Origin: Fimbriimonadales bacterium
GTDB taxonomy: Bacteria > Armatimonadota > Fimbriimonadia > Fimbriimonadales > ATM1
DNA length: 35,823 nt
Reading direction: 5' to 3'
NCBI GenBank assembly: GCA_051003155.1
Contig: JBPCLO010000007.1
Coordinates: 1 to 35,823 of the forward strand
Shown here: one piece after another, positions 35,147 through 35,823 of the stretch
Numbering within the stretch: the stretch's first letter is position 1
Layout: the number at the start of each line of letters is the position of its first letter
Notes under the pieces: model-generated
Told to the model about the DNA's origin: nothing
Seen by the model: the letters and a program-made list of their open reading frames with translations, nothing else
Databases searched by the model: none
Program-made: the position numbers and the translations under genes

Positions 35147-35823
35147 ATGAAGCGACACATATTTGTGACAATTGGAGCTTTGGTCTTGGCTGGCGTTCTA
35201 TCGACGCCCGTTAGTGCCCAACCTCAGGACCCGCGCAATCAAATGGTTCCGTCTCTGGAACTTCAGGATGCGGACGTCCGCGATGCGCTGAGACTTCTCT
35301 TCGAGAGTGTCGGCGTGACGAACTACACGATCGCAAACGACGTGCAGGGGCGGATTACCGTAAAGCTCACGAACGTTCCTTTCGAGACGGCCCTGCGAAA
35401 CGTGCTCAACCAGGTCGATGCGACTTGGAGCATCGAGGCAGGGATTTACCAGATTAAGAAGCGCGAGGAACCGCCGACACCCGGAACGGGACCTACGGAA
35501 GTAACCCCTCCGGCCGCATCGAAGGTTCTGCGAAAGATTCAGATCAACCATGCGGACCCGCAGCTTATCGCCTACCTGTTGAGCGGCCAGCTTAGCTTCG
35601 GCATCTCGCCTGAGCTCAGCACTGTGGCCGGCGCCGCGACCCGCGGCGGCCAAGGCGGCTTCGGTGGCGGCCAAGGCGGCTTTGGCGGTGGCCAGGGCGG
35701 CTTCGGTGGCGGCCAAGGCGGCCAAGGCGGCTTTGGCGGCGGCCAGGGCGGGCTCGGCGGCGGCGGCTTCGGTGGCGGTGGCTTCGGTGGCGGCGGCGGC
35801 TGCGGCGGCGGCGGCGGCGGCGG
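35147..35823 (+). CDS. pilQ: Secretin-type N-terminal region (PilQ position), 3'-incomplete and absent from the ORF track
   Basis: Own translation behind RBS GGAGGTG: MKRHIFVTIGALVLAGVLSTPVSA|QPQDPRNQMVPSLELQDADVRDALRLLF..DVQGRITVKLTNVPFETALRNVL (STN/N0), then KIQINHADPQLIAYLL (Secretin_N start), then Gly repeats open to the window end. The secretin barrel is not visible. Confidence 0.7.
   Translation, partial: MKRHIFVTIGALVLAGVLSTPVSAQPQDPRNQMVPSLELQDADVRDALRLLFESVGVTNYTIANDVQGRITVKLTNVPFETALRNVLNQVDATWSIEAGIYQIKKREEPPTPGTGPTEVTPPAASKVLRKIQINHADPQLIAYLLSGQLSFGISPELSTVAGAATRGGQGGFGGGQGGFGGGQGGFGGGQGGQGGFGGGQGGLGGGGFGGGGFGGGGGCGGGGGG
35645..35823 (+). repeat. In-frame 21-bp tandem repeat (GGQGGFG)n degrading into (GGC)n
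   Basis: Units such as GGCGGCCAAGGCGGCTTCGGT occur about 5 times with synonymous variation, followed by GGGGF units and a GGC run to the last base. Confidence 0.9.

Noticed and set aside
35198..35725. Minus-strand ORF with AALAAT[EK] repeats
   Set aside because: It is the reverse complement of the GGQGGFG repeat of the secretin-type gene, which has an RBS, signal peptide and STN motif.
35645..35823. Possible CRISPR array or contingency repeat
   Set aside because: No spacers. The units are in-frame multiples of 3 with synonymous variation, so this is a coding low-complexity tract; the final GGC run may be an assembly edge.
7093..35823. Type II secretion system or Tad pilus interpretation
   Set aside because: PilT with AIRNLIRE plus PilM/N/O/P indicate a type IVa pilus. 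No GspE/L/M or Tad/Flp genes are seen.

Overview
Bacterial DNA, GC-rich from about 7.1 kb onward. The gene families and lineage-specific insertions suggest Armatimonadota (Fimbriimonadia-like), but this is pattern recognition and was not verified. About 1-7 kb is an accessory, partly more AT-rich patch of orphan membrane proteins, an ankyrin-repeat lipoprotein, a secreted protein and probable gene remnants. About 7.1-35.8 kb is an almost uninterrupted type IVa pilus locus: pilT-pilC-pilD, an antisense EamA/DMT transporter, a roughly 19.5-kb co-oriented cassette, then pilM-pilN-pilO-pilP and the 5' part of a secretin-type gene that the ORF track missed because it runs off the window in Gly-rich repeats. 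The cassette is the main candidate novel system. It has two paralogous ~270-aa prepilins, then giant PilV-like (669 aa), PilW-like (660 aa) and PilX/ComZ-like (~971 aa) pilins, then two very large secreted beta-propeller proteins (1507 and ~2125 aa) at the PilY1 position. Those two carry Dx[DN]x[DN]GxxD Ca-type loops, and the larger has golvesin/Xly-type carbohydrate-binding-like modules. No pilB and no short canonical major pilin are present in the window. All domain calls are by-eye motif recognition; no searches were run.
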